From the NCBI GenBank assembly GCA_963795085.1, contig CAWCFX010000002.1, forward strand, positions 224,001-288,000: a DNA stretch of 64,000 nucleotides, in the 5' to 3' direction. This document shows, in pieces, positions 27,255 through 36,992 of the stretch (position 1 is the first letter of the stretch; the number at the start of each line of letters is the position of its first letter). A program made the position numbers and the translations under genes. The DNA is from an uncultured Gemmatimonadales bacterium (GTDB taxonomy: Bacteria; Gemmatimonadota; Gemmatimonadetes; Gemmatimonadales; GWC2-71-9). The notes beneath the pieces are model-generated. The model was given only the letters and a program-made list of their open reading frames with translations, did not search any database and was not told the DNA's origin.

Positions 27255-28001
27255 GTGACCCAGCTCGACGTCCCTGCCGCCGCGGTGGGAAGTGAATCTG
27301 GTTTTGTGGTCCAGTTGGATTCGTTCAACGGGCCGCTCGATCTTCTCCTGCACCTGTTGCGGGAGGAGCAGATTGACATCGCGGACATTCCCATCGCCCG
27401 GATCGCCGACCAGTTTCTGCTGGTGATTCACGACCTGGGGCTGAACCAGGCCGCGGACTACCTTGACATGGCGGGCCGGCTGCTCCGGCTCAAGGTGCAG
27501 ATGCTGTTGCCCCGGCGCCTGGAGGACGAGGGCTGGGAGGATCCCCGGCACGAGCTGGTGCGCCGGCTCCTCGAGTACCAGCAGATCCGGGAAATCGTCA
27601 CCTGGATGGAGCGGGCCGTGGACCGGCGGGCGGCGCAGTATGTCCGCGGCTACCTGCCGGCGCCGGCCGAGCTGCCGCCGGCCCCGCTGACCTTCGACCT
27701 GCTGGAAATGCTGCAAGCGGTCGAGCGGGTGATCGCCGCCATTCCGTCGCCGGTGCTGCACCGGGTGGTGGCGCGACCGCTCAACGTCGAAGGGGCGACG
27801 CTTCGCATCGAGGCCCTCCTCCTGGACCGGGAGGAATTTGGCTGGCTCGAGGCGCTGGGCCCCCAGCCGACTATCGCCGACGTTCTCTCCACCTTCCTCG
27901 CGCTGCTGGAACTGGCCCGGCGGGGACGGCTCAACCTTGTCCAACCGGCTCCTTTCGCGCCGATGGTGATCCGCCGTGAATCCGCTCGTCCAACTGATTG
28001 A
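27255..28001 (+). CDS. scpA: Segregation/condensation protein A (start approximate)
   Basis: FNGPLDLLLHL, LVRRLLEYQ and FLALLEL motifs. Confidence 0.93.
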   Translation: MTQLDVPAAAVGSESGFVVQLDSFNGPLDLLLHLLREEQIDIADIPIARIADQFLLVIHDLGLNQAADYLDMAGRLLRLKVQMLLPRRLEDEGWEDPRHELVRRLLEYQQIREIVTWMERAVDRRAAQYVRGYLPAPAELPPAPLTFDLLEMLQAVERVIAAIPSPVLHRVVARPLNVEGATLRIEALLLDREEFGWLEALGPQPTIADVLSTFLALLELARRGRLNLVQPAPFAPMVIRRESARPTD

Positions 28002-28566
28002 AGCCGCCCTGTTCTCGGCGGCCCGCCCTCTCACCGTCGAGGAGCTGCAGACCCTGGAGCAGGATGCCAGCCTGGCGGACGTGCGCCAGGCCCTGGAGCA
28101 GCTGCGGGAGCTCTACGATTTCAACCAGCATGGCATCGAGGTCGTGGAACTGGCCGGCGGGTACCAGATCGTGACCCGGCCCCACTTCGCCGCCGCGCTG
28201 GAGCGGGCCCAGTTCGCCATCCGCACGCCCAGGATCACCGGGGCCGCGATGGAGACGCTGGCCGTGATCGCCTACCGGCAGCCGGTGGGCCGGGCCGAGA
28301 TCGAGGAAATTCGCGGCGTCTCGGCGGCGGGGGTGCTGCGGACCCTGCAGGAGCGGGGACTGATCGAGGTGGTGGGACGGGGCGAGGAACTGGGCCGGCC
28401 GCTGCTCTACGGCACCACGCCGCTCTTCCTGGAAACGCTGGGGCTGCGGGACCTGACCGACCTGCCCCGCTCGGAGGAGCTGACGATCGCGCTGCAGCCC
28501 CACAAGCCGGAAGAACCGGAGGCCGGTGAGGACGAGGCCGCCGCCTACGTGCCTGCCGAATCATGA
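27976..28566 (+). CDS. scpB: Segregation/condensation protein B
   Basis: IEAALFS, ETLAVIAYRQPV and GRPLLYGTT motifs. Confidence 0.95.
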   Translation: MNPLVQLIEAALFSAARPLTVEELQTLEQDASLADVRQALEQLRELYDFNQHGIEVVELAGGYQIVTRPHFAAALERAQFAIRTPRITGAAMETLAVIAYRQPVGRAEIEEIRGVSAAGVLRTLQERGLIEVVGRGEELGRPLLYGTTPLFLETLGLRDLTDLPRSEELTIALQPHKPEEPEAGEDEAAAYVPAES

Positions 28567-29291
28567 GCGAAATGCGCTTGCAGCGCGCGCTCGCGCGGGC
28601 CGGGATCGCCTCGCGCCGCGCCGCGGAGAAACTGATCGTGGAGGGCCGCGTACGGGTGGATGGCAAGGTGGCGGAGCTGGGTTCCAAGGTGGATCCCGAC
28701 CGGCAATCCATCACGGTGGCCGGCCGCAAAGTCCGGGTGCAGCCGCGCCGCTGGCTCGCTTTTCACAAGCCGCTGGGAATCGTCACCACGGCCGACGACG
28801 AAGCGGGCCGGCGCACCGTGTTCGACTTCATTCCCGACGCCGCCGGCCTGACCTATGTAGGCCGCCTCGACGTCATGACCACCGGGCTCCTCCTGCTCAC
28901 CACCGACGGGGAAGCCGTGCACCGGCTGACCCATCCGAAATACCGGATCAACCGGCGCTACTCGGTGCTGGTGCATGGCAGGCCCACCGATGAAGTCGCT
29001 GCCGCGGTTCGCCAGACGATCAAAGTGGACGAGCGCGAGGTCGTGACCCAGCGGGTGCAGGTGAAGCCCGGAAAGGACGGTCGCAGTATCATCGACCTCA
29101 CCCTGGCGGAGGGCCGGAACCGCGTCGTGCGGAAATGGTGCGAGGCGATGGGGCTCAAGGTCGAGCGGCTGGCCCGGCTCTCCTACGGGCCGGTCCGGCT
29201 TGGCGACCTTCCCGCCGGCCGCTACCGGCCGCTCACGCCGGCGGAGGAATCGGCGCTTTACAAGGCCATCAAGCTGAAAAGCGAGGATTAA
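28563..29291 (+). CDS. rluB: rRNA pseudouridine synthase (RluB/RsuA family)
   Basis: S4 domain RLQRALARAGIASRR, GRLDVMTTGLLLLT and EGRNR. scpAB-rluB synteny. Confidence 0.85.
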   Translation: MSEMRLQRALARAGIASRRAAEKLIVEGRVRVDGKVAELGSKVDPDRQSITVAGRKVRVQPRRWLAFHKPLGIVTTADDEAGRRTVFDFIPDAAGLTYVGRLDVMTTGLLLLTTDGEAVHRLTHPKYRINRRYSVLVHGRPTDEVAAAVRQTIKVDEREVVTQRVQVKPGKDGRSIIDLTLAEGRNRVVRKWCEAMGLKVERLARLSYGPVRLGDLPAGRYRPLTPAEESALYKAIKLKSED

Positions 29292-29311
29292 TAGATGAGG
29301 ATGCAGTCCCG

Positions 29312-30289
29312 ATGACGGCCCCGCCCTCCGCCAGGCCCACCGATACCGGCCCCACCCAGGCGGCTGTCAGCGAAGTGGCCCGCCGGGTGGTGGGGCAGGA
29401 TACCATGGTGGAGCGGCTCCTGGTGGGCCTCCTCACCGGGGGCCATGTGCTGCTCGAAGGCGTCCCCGGGCTCGCCAAGACGCTGGCCGTCCGCACACTG
29501 GCGGAGATCATCGACGCCTCGTTCTCCCGGATCCAGTTCACGCCCGACCTGCTCCCGGCGGACCTGATCGGGACCATGATCTTCGACCAGAAAACCCAGG
29601 ACTTCCGGGTCAAGAAGGGACCCCTCTTCGCCCAGATCATCCTGGCCGACGAAATCAACCGGGCGCCCGCCAAGGTGCAGGCCGCCCTGCTGGAAGCGAT
29701 GCAGGAGCACCAGGTCACCATCGGCGGCACCACCTACCGCCTCGAGGAGCCCTTCCTGGTGCTGGCCACCCAGAACCCGATCGAGAGCGAGGGGACCTAC
29801 CCGCTGCCGGAAGCGCAGCTCGACCGGTTCATGCTGAAAGTGCGGGTCGGCTACCCCTCCCGCGACGAAGAGCGGGAAGTGCTCATCCGGATGAGCGGTG
29901 GCACCGACATTCCGGTGCGCCGGATCCTGGACACCGCCACCATCCTGGCATCCCGGAAAACCGTGGCGGGCCTCTACATGGACCAGAAGGTGGTGGACTA
30001 CATCGTGGACGTGGTCCGGGCCACCCGCGACCCGGCCCTCGTGGGCGCGACCGACCTCAAGCCGCTGATCGCGTTCGGCGCCTCGCCCCGGGCGTCCATC
30101 GCGCTGGCCCAGGCAGCCCGGGCCCACGCCTTCCTCCGGGGGCGGAATTACGTGGTCCCCGAGGACGTCAAGGCGCTGGCGCCCGACGTCCTGCGACACC
30201 GGATCGTGCTCACCTTCGAGGCAGAGGCGGAGGACACCGACACCGACGGGATCGTCTCGCGCCTGCTCGACGCGGTGAAGGTACCCTAG
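29312..30289 (+). CDS. moxR: MoxR family AAA+ ATPase
   Basis: LEGVPGLAKT, RIQFTPDLLPAD, ADEINRAPAK and YPLPEAQLDRF motifs. Confidence 0.93.
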   Translation: MTAPPSARPTDTGPTQAAVSEVARRVVGQDTMVERLLVGLLTGGHVLLEGVPGLAKTLAVRTLAEIIDASFSRIQFTPDLLPADLIGTMIFDQKTQDFRVKKGPLFAQIILADEINRAPAKVQAALLEAMQEHQVTIGGTTYRLEEPFLVLATQNPIESEGTYPLPEAQLDRFMLKVRVGYPSRDEEREVLIRMSGGTDIPVRRILDTATILASRKTVAGLYMDQKVVDYIVDVVRATRDPALVGATDLKPLIAFGASPRASIALAQAARAHAFLRGRNYVVPEDVKALAPDVLRHRIVLTFEAEAEDTDTDGIVSRLLDAVKVP

Positions 30290-30290
30290 G

Positions 30291-30347
30291 GCAGAGTGCA
30301 GAGAGCAGAGTGCAGAGGCACTCTGCACTCTGCTCTCCAGACTCTGC
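30291..30347. repeat. AGAGTGC-heptamer palindrome
   Basis: Perfect 17-bp stem GAGAGCAGAGTGCAGAG (30301-30317) / CTCTGCACTCTGCTCTC (30321-30337), extended by GCAGAGT/ACTCTGC. Confidence 0.85.
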
Positions 30348-30360
30348 ACTTTGGACTCCG

Positions 30361-31248
30361 ATGCCAGTCATCTCTCCTGAAGTTCTCAAGCAGGTCAAGC
30401 AGATCGAGTTGCGTACCCGCGGCCTGGTTTCCTCGCTCTTTGCCGGCGAGTACCGGTCGGTGTTCCGGGGGCAGGGCATGGAGTTCGCCGAAGTCCGCGC
30501 CTACGAACAGGGGGACGATTTCCGCGCCATCGACTGGAACGTCTCCGCCCGTCTCGCCAGTCCCTACGTCAAGACCTTTACGGAAGAACGCGAGCTGACG
30601 CTGATGCTGCTGGTGGACCAGTCCGGGTCGACCCGGTTTGGGGAACCCCGCACCAAGGCGGCGCTCGCGGTCGAGGTGGCGGCGGTCCTGGCGCTGGCCG
30701 CGGCCCGGCACAACGACCGGGTCGGCGCCCTGCTCTTCGCCGACCAGGTGGAGCAGGTGATTCCTCCGGCCAAGGGGCGCCGCCACGCGCTCCGGGTCAT
30801 TCGCGATCTGGTGGCCTTCGCGCCGGCGGGCCGGCGCACCAACCTGGCCACCAGCCTGCTCTATGCGGCGGAACTGCTCTGGCACCGGAGCATCGTGGTG
30901 GTGCTTTCCGACTTTTTTGCCGCGGGCTGGGAAGGTCCGCTCCGCCGGCTCGCCGCCCGGCACGAGGTCGTCGCCATCACGGTGGACGATCCCCGGGAAC
31001 AGCAGCTTCCCGATGCCGGGTGGATCGAGTTGGATGATGCGGAAACCGGCCGCCGGGTGCTGGTGGACGCGGGCAACCCGGCCGTCCGGGCCCGGGTCAA
31101 GATGAACGCCGAGAAGCGGCGCGCGGACCGGCACCGGAGCCTCACCACGGCCGGGGTAGACCACATCGCGCTGGCCACCGACCGCGATTACACCCTTCCG
31201 CTGCATCGCGCCTTCGCCATGCGCGCCCGGCGGCTTCACCGCGGATGA
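30361..31248 (+). CDS. DUF58 domain protein
   Basis: GEYRSVFRGQGMEFAEVRAY, IDWNVSAR and EERELT motifs. Confidence 0.92.
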   Translation: MPVISPEVLKQVKQIELRTRGLVSSLFAGEYRSVFRGQGMEFAEVRAYEQGDDFRAIDWNVSARLASPYVKTFTEERELTLMLLVDQSGSTRFGEPRTKAALAVEVAAVLALAAARHNDRVGALLFADQVEQVIPPAKGRRHALRVIRDLVAFAPAGRRTNLATSLLYAAELLWHRSIVVVLSDFFAAGWEGPLRRLAARHEVVAITVDDPREQQLPDAGWIELDDAETGRRVLVDAGNPAVRARVKMNAEKRRADRHRSLTTAGVDHIALATDRDYTLPLHRAFAMRARRLHRG

Positions 31249-32066
31249 TGCTCCTGCTCCTGCTGATGCTGCAGCAGTCGCCCGGCCCCGCCACGGTCGG
31301 GGACACGCTCTGGGCCAGCCGTTCGCTCACGCTATCGCCCGGCGACCGGGTCCGTCCCGCCGCCTGGGAGCTGGACGGGGTGGTCCAGCTGCTGGGGCGG
31401 CCGGTCACCCTGGTCAGCGGGAACCGGGCGCTGGTTCGCTATCCGCTGGTGGCGTGGGAGGCGGGCAGCCATGTCCTCGATGTTCCGGGGCCCATCGTGA
31501 CCAGGGCCAGCGGAGCGGAGGATACGCTCGGATCGCACACCGTCACGTTCATTGTGCGCAGCGTCCTGCCCTCCGGGGTTCCCGACTCCCAGCTCGCGGT
31601 TCAACCGCCCGCGTTTCCGGTGCTGCGCGGGTTCCGCTCTCTCCTTCCCGCGCTGGTGCTGACGGCGGCCGGCGCCCTGCTGCTGGTTCCGCTCCACTGG
31701 TGGTGGCGGCGGCGGGGCCGGCCGGCGGCGGTGGCGAGGGCCGCCGGTGACCCGGAGGGTCCGCCGGAGGACATGGTGCGCCGCTGGGCCGATGCCGGCG
31801 AACGCCGGACCGTCGCGGGTATCGCCGCGCTCCGCCTCCGCGAGGCCATCGCCGAGTCGCTCCCCGCGGCCCACCCGGCCCTCGACACCGGCGCGGTGCT
31901 CGCCCTCGTGGAACGGGAGCGTCCCGACTGGCCCCGCGATGACCTGCGGGAAGCGCTGGAAAGTCTCGACGGCCTTCGCTTCGCCCCGTCCCGCGCCGGC
32001 AGCGCATTCGACCTCTATCAGCGGAGCCTTCAGCTGGCCGCGCAGGTGCGAGGAGGACGCCGGTGA
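31245..32066 (+). CDS. Hypothetical single-TM protein of the MoxR/Bat operon
   Basis: TVGD beta domain, TM followed by WWWRRR, helical tail. Coupled overlaps. Confidence 0.7.
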   Translation: MMLLLLLMLQQSPGPATVGDTLWASRSLTLSPGDRVRPAAWELDGVVQLLGRPVTLVSGNRALVRYPLVAWEAGSHVLDVPGPIVTRASGAEDTLGSHTVTFIVRSVLPSGVPDSQLAVQPPAFPVLRGFRSLLPALVLTAAGALLLVPLHWWWRRRGRPAAVARAAGDPEGPPEDMVRRWADAGERRTVAGIAALRLREAIAESLPAAHPALDTGAVLALVERERPDWPRDDLREALESLDGLRFAPSRAGSAFDLYQRSLQLAAQVRGGRR

Positions 32067-33037
32067 GTTTCGCCCGCCCCTGGCTCTTGCTCCTGCTGCT
32101 CAGCATTCCGTTCTGGTTCTGGTATCGGCGCCGGAGGCGGGCCACCGGGGCGGTGTACAGCGACGTGTCCCTGGTCGAGGGCGCCGGCCGGGGCGCCTGG
32201 GTGCTGCTGTTGCCGCCGGCCCTGCGGGCCCTGGCCCTGGCCCTGTGGATCGTGGCGGCGGCCGGTCCCCGCGCCGGCGGCACTACCATCGAGCAGAAGA
32301 AGGAGGGCATCTCGATCGTCGTGGCCATCGACATCTCCAGCAGCATGCTGGCCGAGGATTTTGCGCCCAGCAACCGGTTCGAGGTCGCCAAGGCGCAGGC
32401 GGCGGCATTCATCCGGGCCCGGGACGCCGACCGCATCGGGCTGGTGGTGTTCGCGGGGGAAGCGCTCACCCAGGTTCCCCTGACCGTCGACTATGCCGTG
32501 CTGGAGCGGGCCGTCATGGACCTGCGCATGGGCATGCTCGAGGACGGTACCGCGATCGGCAGCGGGCTGGCCACCGCGCTCAACCGGCTCCGGCTGGTGC
32601 CCGACCGCTCCAAGGTCATCCTGCTGCTCACCGACGGGGAGAACAACCGGGGCACCATCGATCCCCGGACCGCCGCGGCCGCGGCTACCGCTCTCGGGGT
32701 CAAGGTGTACACCATCGGTGTCGGCACCGAGGGCGAGGCGCCTATTCCCACGGGCCGCGGGGTGACCGGGTTCCGCTACGAGATCCTGCCGGTGCGGATT
32801 GACGAGAAATTGCTGCAGGAGATCGCCCAGCAGACCGGCGGGCGGTATTTCCGGGCCAAGGACAGCGAGGCGCTGAGCCGGATCTTTCAGCAGATCGACC
32901 AGCTGGAAAAAACCCCGATCCAGGTCACCAGCTATACCAGCTTCGAAGAAATGGTCCGTCCGTTTATCCTGGCCGGGCTGCTGGCCCTGGCGGCGGAGCT
33001 GCTGCTGACGGCCACCGTCGCGGTGCGGGTGCCATGA
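32063..33037 (+). CDS. VWA domain protein, BatA-like
   Basis: FARPWLLLLLL, MIDAS DISSSM, GTAIG and LLTDGENN motifs. Confidence 0.9.
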   Translation: MSFARPWLLLLLLSIPFWFWYRRRRRATGAVYSDVSLVEGAGRGAWVLLLPPALRALALALWIVAAAGPRAGGTTIEQKKEGISIVVAIDISSSMLAEDFAPSNRFEVAKAQAAAFIRARDADRIGLVVFAGEALTQVPLTVDYAVLERAVMDLRMGMLEDGTAIGSGLATALNRLRLVPDRSKVILLLTDGENNRGTIDPRTAAAAATALGVKVYTIGVGTEGEAPIPTGRGVTGFRYEILPVRIDEKLLQEIAQQTGGRYFRAKDSEALSRIFQQIDQLEKTPIQVTSYTSFEEMVRPFILAGLLALAAELLLTATVAVRVP

Positions 33038-34659
33038 CCTTCGATTCGCCCCTGCTGCTGGTCCTGGCCCCCTTCCTGGGCGTGCTCGCCGGCCTGGTCG
33101 CCTGGCGCGCCCGGTCCCGGCGAATCCGCCACGCCCGGGCGTGGTCGGCCGACGCCGAGGCCAAGGCCCGGGGCTACGGCCGGGGCGTTCCCCTGGTCCT
33201 GGGACTGGTGGTGCTGGCGGCCGTCGTCGCCCTCGCCGGGCCGCGGGGCGGGCGGGGCGAGGTGACCGCGAAGACCCAGGCATTGAGCGTGGTCTTCGCG
33301 ATCGACATCAGCCGATCCATGCTGGCGGAGGACGCGGCGCCCAACCGGCTGGACCGCGCCATCCGGGAAGCCCGCCGGCTGGCGCAGGACCTCGAGGGCG
33401 ACCGGATCGGGCTGATCGCGTTCGCCGGACGCTCCTACATTCTCGCGCCCTTGACGATCGACGTCGGCGCGATCAACCTGTTTCTGGATGCCCTCGATCC
33501 GGACCTCGCCAGCCAGGGCGGCACCAGCCTGGCGTCAGTGCTGGCGCAGGCGCGCGGCCTGCTCAGCGCCAGCGAAGAAGGCGCCGACCGGGTGCTGGTG
33601 GTGTTCACCGACGGCGAATCGCATGACTCGACCCCGGAAGCGTTGACCGAGGCCCGGGCCCTTGGGGAAGCGGGAATTCGTCTGGTGCTGGTGAGCGAGG
33701 GCGGCACCACCCCGGTGCGAATCCCCCTCCGCGATTCGGCGAAGAACCTGCTGGAGTACAAGCTGGACGAGACCGGGCGGCCGGTCATGACCAGTCGCCG
33801 GGACGCCATCCTCCGGGACGTCGCCGAGGCCGCCGAAGGCACTGTCGTCTCGGCGGAACTGCCGGACCAGGCCGGCGCGGTGCGCGACCTGCTCGATGCA
33901 TTCAAGCGAGCACCGACGGCATCCACGCAGTCGAGCAGCACCATTCCCCGAGGGTGGATTCCCATCCTGGGGGCGGCCCTGCTGCTCCTCGGCCACACGC
34001 TGACCCGGCGGCAGGCGTCGCTCATCGTCCTGGCCGGCCTCGCGGTGCTGGCCCGGCCCGCCGCGGCGCAACGCCCCTCGCCGGGCGAGCGGGCCCTGGA
34101 AGAGGGAAAGCCGGACCAGGCGGCGGCCCGCTTTCTCCGGGAGACCGGACGCAGCGCCAGCGATACGGCCTGGTATAACGCCGGCACCGCCGCCCTGGAG
34201 GCGGGCAACCTCGAGGTGGCCCGCCGGGCGCTGGGCGAGGCGGCCAAGTCTCCCGATCCGGATTTGCGGTACCGTGCGCTGTACAACCTGGGCGTGGCGT
34301 CGCTGCTGGCTTCCCGGACCGCGGGCGAGGAAAAAGACGCTTTGCTCGGCGAGGCGCAACGCGCGCTTCGCGATGCGCTGTTGCTGCAGCCGGCATCGGA
34401 ACGCGCCAAGTGGAACCTGGAATTGACCAACCGGCAGAAGCCGCCATCGTCCGGCGGCGGCAACACGCCGCCCCAGCAGGGCGGCGGGGGCGGGGGGGCG
34501 CCGGACAACCCCGGCAGCGAGGTGGACGCGCCCTCGTCGCTCTCCCGGCGGGAAGCCGAGCAGATCCTCGGCTCGGTCGAGCGGGAAGAGCGGCAGACCC
34601 GGGCGCGGCGGGCCCAGCGGGACCGGTCCGGCTCGGCGGGCACCGGGCGGGACTGGTGA
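33034..34659 (+). CDS. VWA plus TPR protein (BatB-BatC-like fusion)
   Basis: DISRSM and FTDGE, then TPR motifs WYNAG, YNLG and AKWNLEL. C-terminal ...RDW. Confidence 0.85.
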   Translation: MTFDSPLLLVLAPFLGVLAGLVAWRARSRRIRHARAWSADAEAKARGYGRGVPLVLGLVVLAAVVALAGPRGGRGEVTAKTQALSVVFAIDISRSMLAEDAAPNRLDRAIREARRLAQDLEGDRIGLIAFAGRSYILAPLTIDVGAINLFLDALDPDLASQGGTSLASVLAQARGLLSASEEGADRVLVVFTDGESHDSTPEALTEARALGEAGIRLVLVSEGGTTPVRIPLRDSAKNLLEYKLDETGRPVMTSRRDAILRDVAEAAEGTVVSAELPDQAGAVRDLLDAFKRAPTASTQSSSTIPRGWIPILGAALLLLGHTLTRRQASLIVLAGLAVLARPAAAQRPSPGERALEEGKPDQAAARFLRETGRSASDTAWYNAGTAALEAGNLEVARRALGEAAKSPDPDLRYRALYNLGVASLLASRTAGEEKDALLGEAQRALRDALLLQPASERAKWNLELTNRQKPPSSGGGNTPPQQGGGGGGAPDNPGSEVDAPSSLSRREAEQILGSVEREERQTRARRAQRDRSGSAGTGRDW

Positions 34660-36992
34660 TCACCCTCCTGGTGGGGTTGCTGCTGCCGCAGCAGGCGCCC
34701 TCGATCCAGGCCGGGATGACGGCCGACTTCACCCGCATTCCGATGGGCGGGGAGGTCGTCGTCACGGTGCGGACCCGGAGCGCATCCACCGATGCCATCC
34801 ATATATCGTTGCCGCCCTTCGCCGGGCTGGAGCTGGTCGCCCGGAGCGAGCGCAGCGAAGTCTCCGCGGGCAATCCCCCGGGACGATCGACGGTGCTGGA
34901 ACTCCGGCTCCGCGGATCCATGCCGGGCAAGTGGCGGGTGGGGCCCGCCACGATCCGGCAGGGCAGCACCCTGCAGGAAGTCGATCCGATCGAGATCGAA
35001 GTCACCGGCGGGAGCGGATCCGCCACCGCGTCGGCGTCGTCCATCGCCCCGCAGGTGCAGCGGCTGCTCGCCCAGTCGCGCCCGCCCAGCACCGGGGCGG
35101 ATGCGTCGGTGGCCATCATCCTCTCCAGCCCGCGGGCCTTTGTCGGGGAACAGGTGGACGTAGTGACCGCTGCGTGGTTTCCGCGCGAACTCCGGCTCCA
35201 GCTGCGCCGGCCGCCCACGGTGCAGACCCCGTCTATTGACGGGGTCTACAGTTACCCGCAGCGCTCCCCCAGCGGCATCGCGGCGAGCCGCCAGGTGGAT
35301 GGCCGCTGGTTTGACCTTTTCGTGGTGCACCAGGTGGTGTTCCCGCTGACGCCGGGCCGCATCCGGGTGCCGCCGGCGACGCTGCATTACAGCGTGCCGC
35401 TCGCGTTCCAGTTCTTCAGCCAGGAGGAGCGGTATGCGGTGCGCAGCGAAGCGGTATCGCTGGAGGTCGCGCCGCTGCCGCGGGAAGGCCGCCCGGCGGC
35501 CTTCACCGGCGGGGTGGGCCACGGGCTGACGATCGAGCGATCGCTGAGTCCGGGCTCGGGCCGGGCCGGCGAACCATTCGCGGTCGATATCGTGGTACGG
35601 GGAGAGGGCAACGTCCCGCTGTGGCCGCCGCCGGAACTGGCGTGGCCCGGCCATGTCCGCGCGTATGGCGAGAACGTGGCGGACGCGATCGAGAATTCGG
35701 GCGGCCGGCTGGGCGGCGCCAAGACCTTCCGCTACCTCGTCATTCCTGATTCGGCGCGGACCGTCGGCCTCCCCGCCCTGGTGTACACCTATTTCGATCC
35801 CCTGGCGCGGCAATACGTGTCTGCCCAGGCGCCGCCGGTGAGCTACCTGGTGACGGCCGCCGCGGAGGCGGCGGTCTCCCGGGCTACGCCGGCCCGGCTG
35901 GCCACCGGCCGGAGGCCGGCCCTGGGATCGCGGATCCTGGCGGCCCTGCCACCGTGGTTGATGGCCGTTCTCCTGGCGCTGCCGCTGGTGCTGGTACTGT
36001 TGCGCCGTCCGCCCGGCGCGCCGCGCCGCCGCGAGCCGCCATCGCGCACGGCCGACCCGATGGCCCAGGCGGAAGCGGACCTCGCACGCGCGCTCACCGC
36101 GCTGGTGCCCCAGCTTCCCGACCTGGAGGGCCAGGACCTGGAGACCTCGCTCCGTGCCGTGGGGATCGAGACGGACACCGCGCGGCAGGCGGTCCGTCTC
36201 CGCGAGCGGGTGCGCGCCGCGCGCTATGGGCCGGGGTCGGAACCGGACCGCAAGCGCCTGCTGGCCGAAGCCCGGGCCCTGACGGACCGGCTTGCGCCGG
36301 TAAGCGGTGCGGACCGGGCCCGCCGGACCATCACCGCGGGCCTGGCGCTTCTCGTCGTGGGCACCGTTGCGGCGGGAGCCCAGACGCTGCCCCCCGAGCA
36401 GCTGTATGAGCGGGGCGCCCTCACCGCCGCCGCTGCGGGGTTTGCCCAGCGGGTTCAGCTGGATCCCGAGGTCCCGGCGCACTGGTTCAACCTGGGACTC
36501 ACCCGTTTCCGGCTGGGTGATGCGGGCGTTGCGCTCGCGGCCTGGACCCGGGCCAAACGGCTGGCCCCGCGTGACCCCGCGGTGCGCCGGGCCCTCAAGC
36601 TGGTTCCGGTGCCGGAATCACGGTCCGCGCGGGCGCTCTGGGCATCGCCGCTGACACCGCCAGAATTACTGCTCTTGGCGGGGTCGCTGTGGATCCTGGG
36701 GTGGGCCGGGTATGCGTGGACCCGCCGCCGCCGCTGGCTGGCGGTGGTGATCGGGGGGCTGGTGGCCGGCGCGGCCGCCCACGGAGTGACCCTCTGGTAC
36801 CGGCGGCCCCTGGCAATCGTCACCGGTGACAACGCGATCGCGCTCTCTCCCCACGAACTGGCGCCCGCCGCGGCCGCGGTCCAGACCGGCAGCGTCGTCA
36901 CCATCGTGGACCGGGCCCGCGGGTGGGCCATGGTGCGGGAATCCGGCGGGCGGGTGGGCTGGCTCCCCCAGGAAGCGGTGGAGGAACTCTGA
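34656..36992 (+). CDS. BatD-like protein fused to TPR/SH3 (BatE-like) region
   Basis: GTG 34656. FVGEQV, FTGGVG and GEGNV, then TPR HWFNLG and an SH3-like GWAMVR...VGWLP. Confidence 0.78.
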   Translation: MITLLVGLLLPQQAPSIQAGMTADFTRIPMGGEVVVTVRTRSASTDAIHISLPPFAGLELVARSERSEVSAGNPPGRSTVLELRLRGSMPGKWRVGPATIRQGSTLQEVDPIEIEVTGGSGSATASASSIAPQVQRLLAQSRPPSTGADASVAIILSSPRAFVGEQVDVVTAAWFPRELRLQLRRPPTVQTPSIDGVYSYPQRSPSGIAASRQVDGRWFDLFVVHQVVFPLTPGRIRVPPATLHYSVPLAFQFFSQEERYAVRSEAVSLEVAPLPREGRPAAFTGGVGHGLTIERSLSPGSGRAGEPFAVDIVVRGEGNVPLWPPPELAWPGHVRAYGENVADAIENSGGRLGGAKTFRYLVIPDSARTVGLPALVYTYFDPLARQYVSAQAPPVSYLVTAAAEAAVSRATPARLATGRRPALGSRILAALPPWLMAVLLALPLVLVLLRRPPGAPRRREPPSRTADPMAQAEADLARALTALVPQLPDLEGQDLETSLRAVGIETDTARQAVRLRERVRAARYGPGSEPDRKRLLAEARALTDRLAPVSGADRARRTITAGLALLVVGTVAAGAQTLPPEQLYERGALTAAAAGFAQRVQLDPEVPAHWFNLGLTRFRLGDAGVALAAWTRAKRLAPRDPAVRRALKLVPVPESRSARALWASPLTPPELLLLAGSLWILGWAGYAWTRRRRWLAVVIGGLVAGAAAHGVTLWYRRPLAIVTGDNAIALSPHELAPAAAAVQTGSVVTIVDRARGWAMVRESGGRVGWLPQEAVEEL

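Noticed and set aside
29312..36992. MoxR-DUF58-VWA-TPR cluster as a novel system
   Set aside because: It matches the known Bat/MoxR-proper operon type. Only the fusion junctions are noted as a finding.
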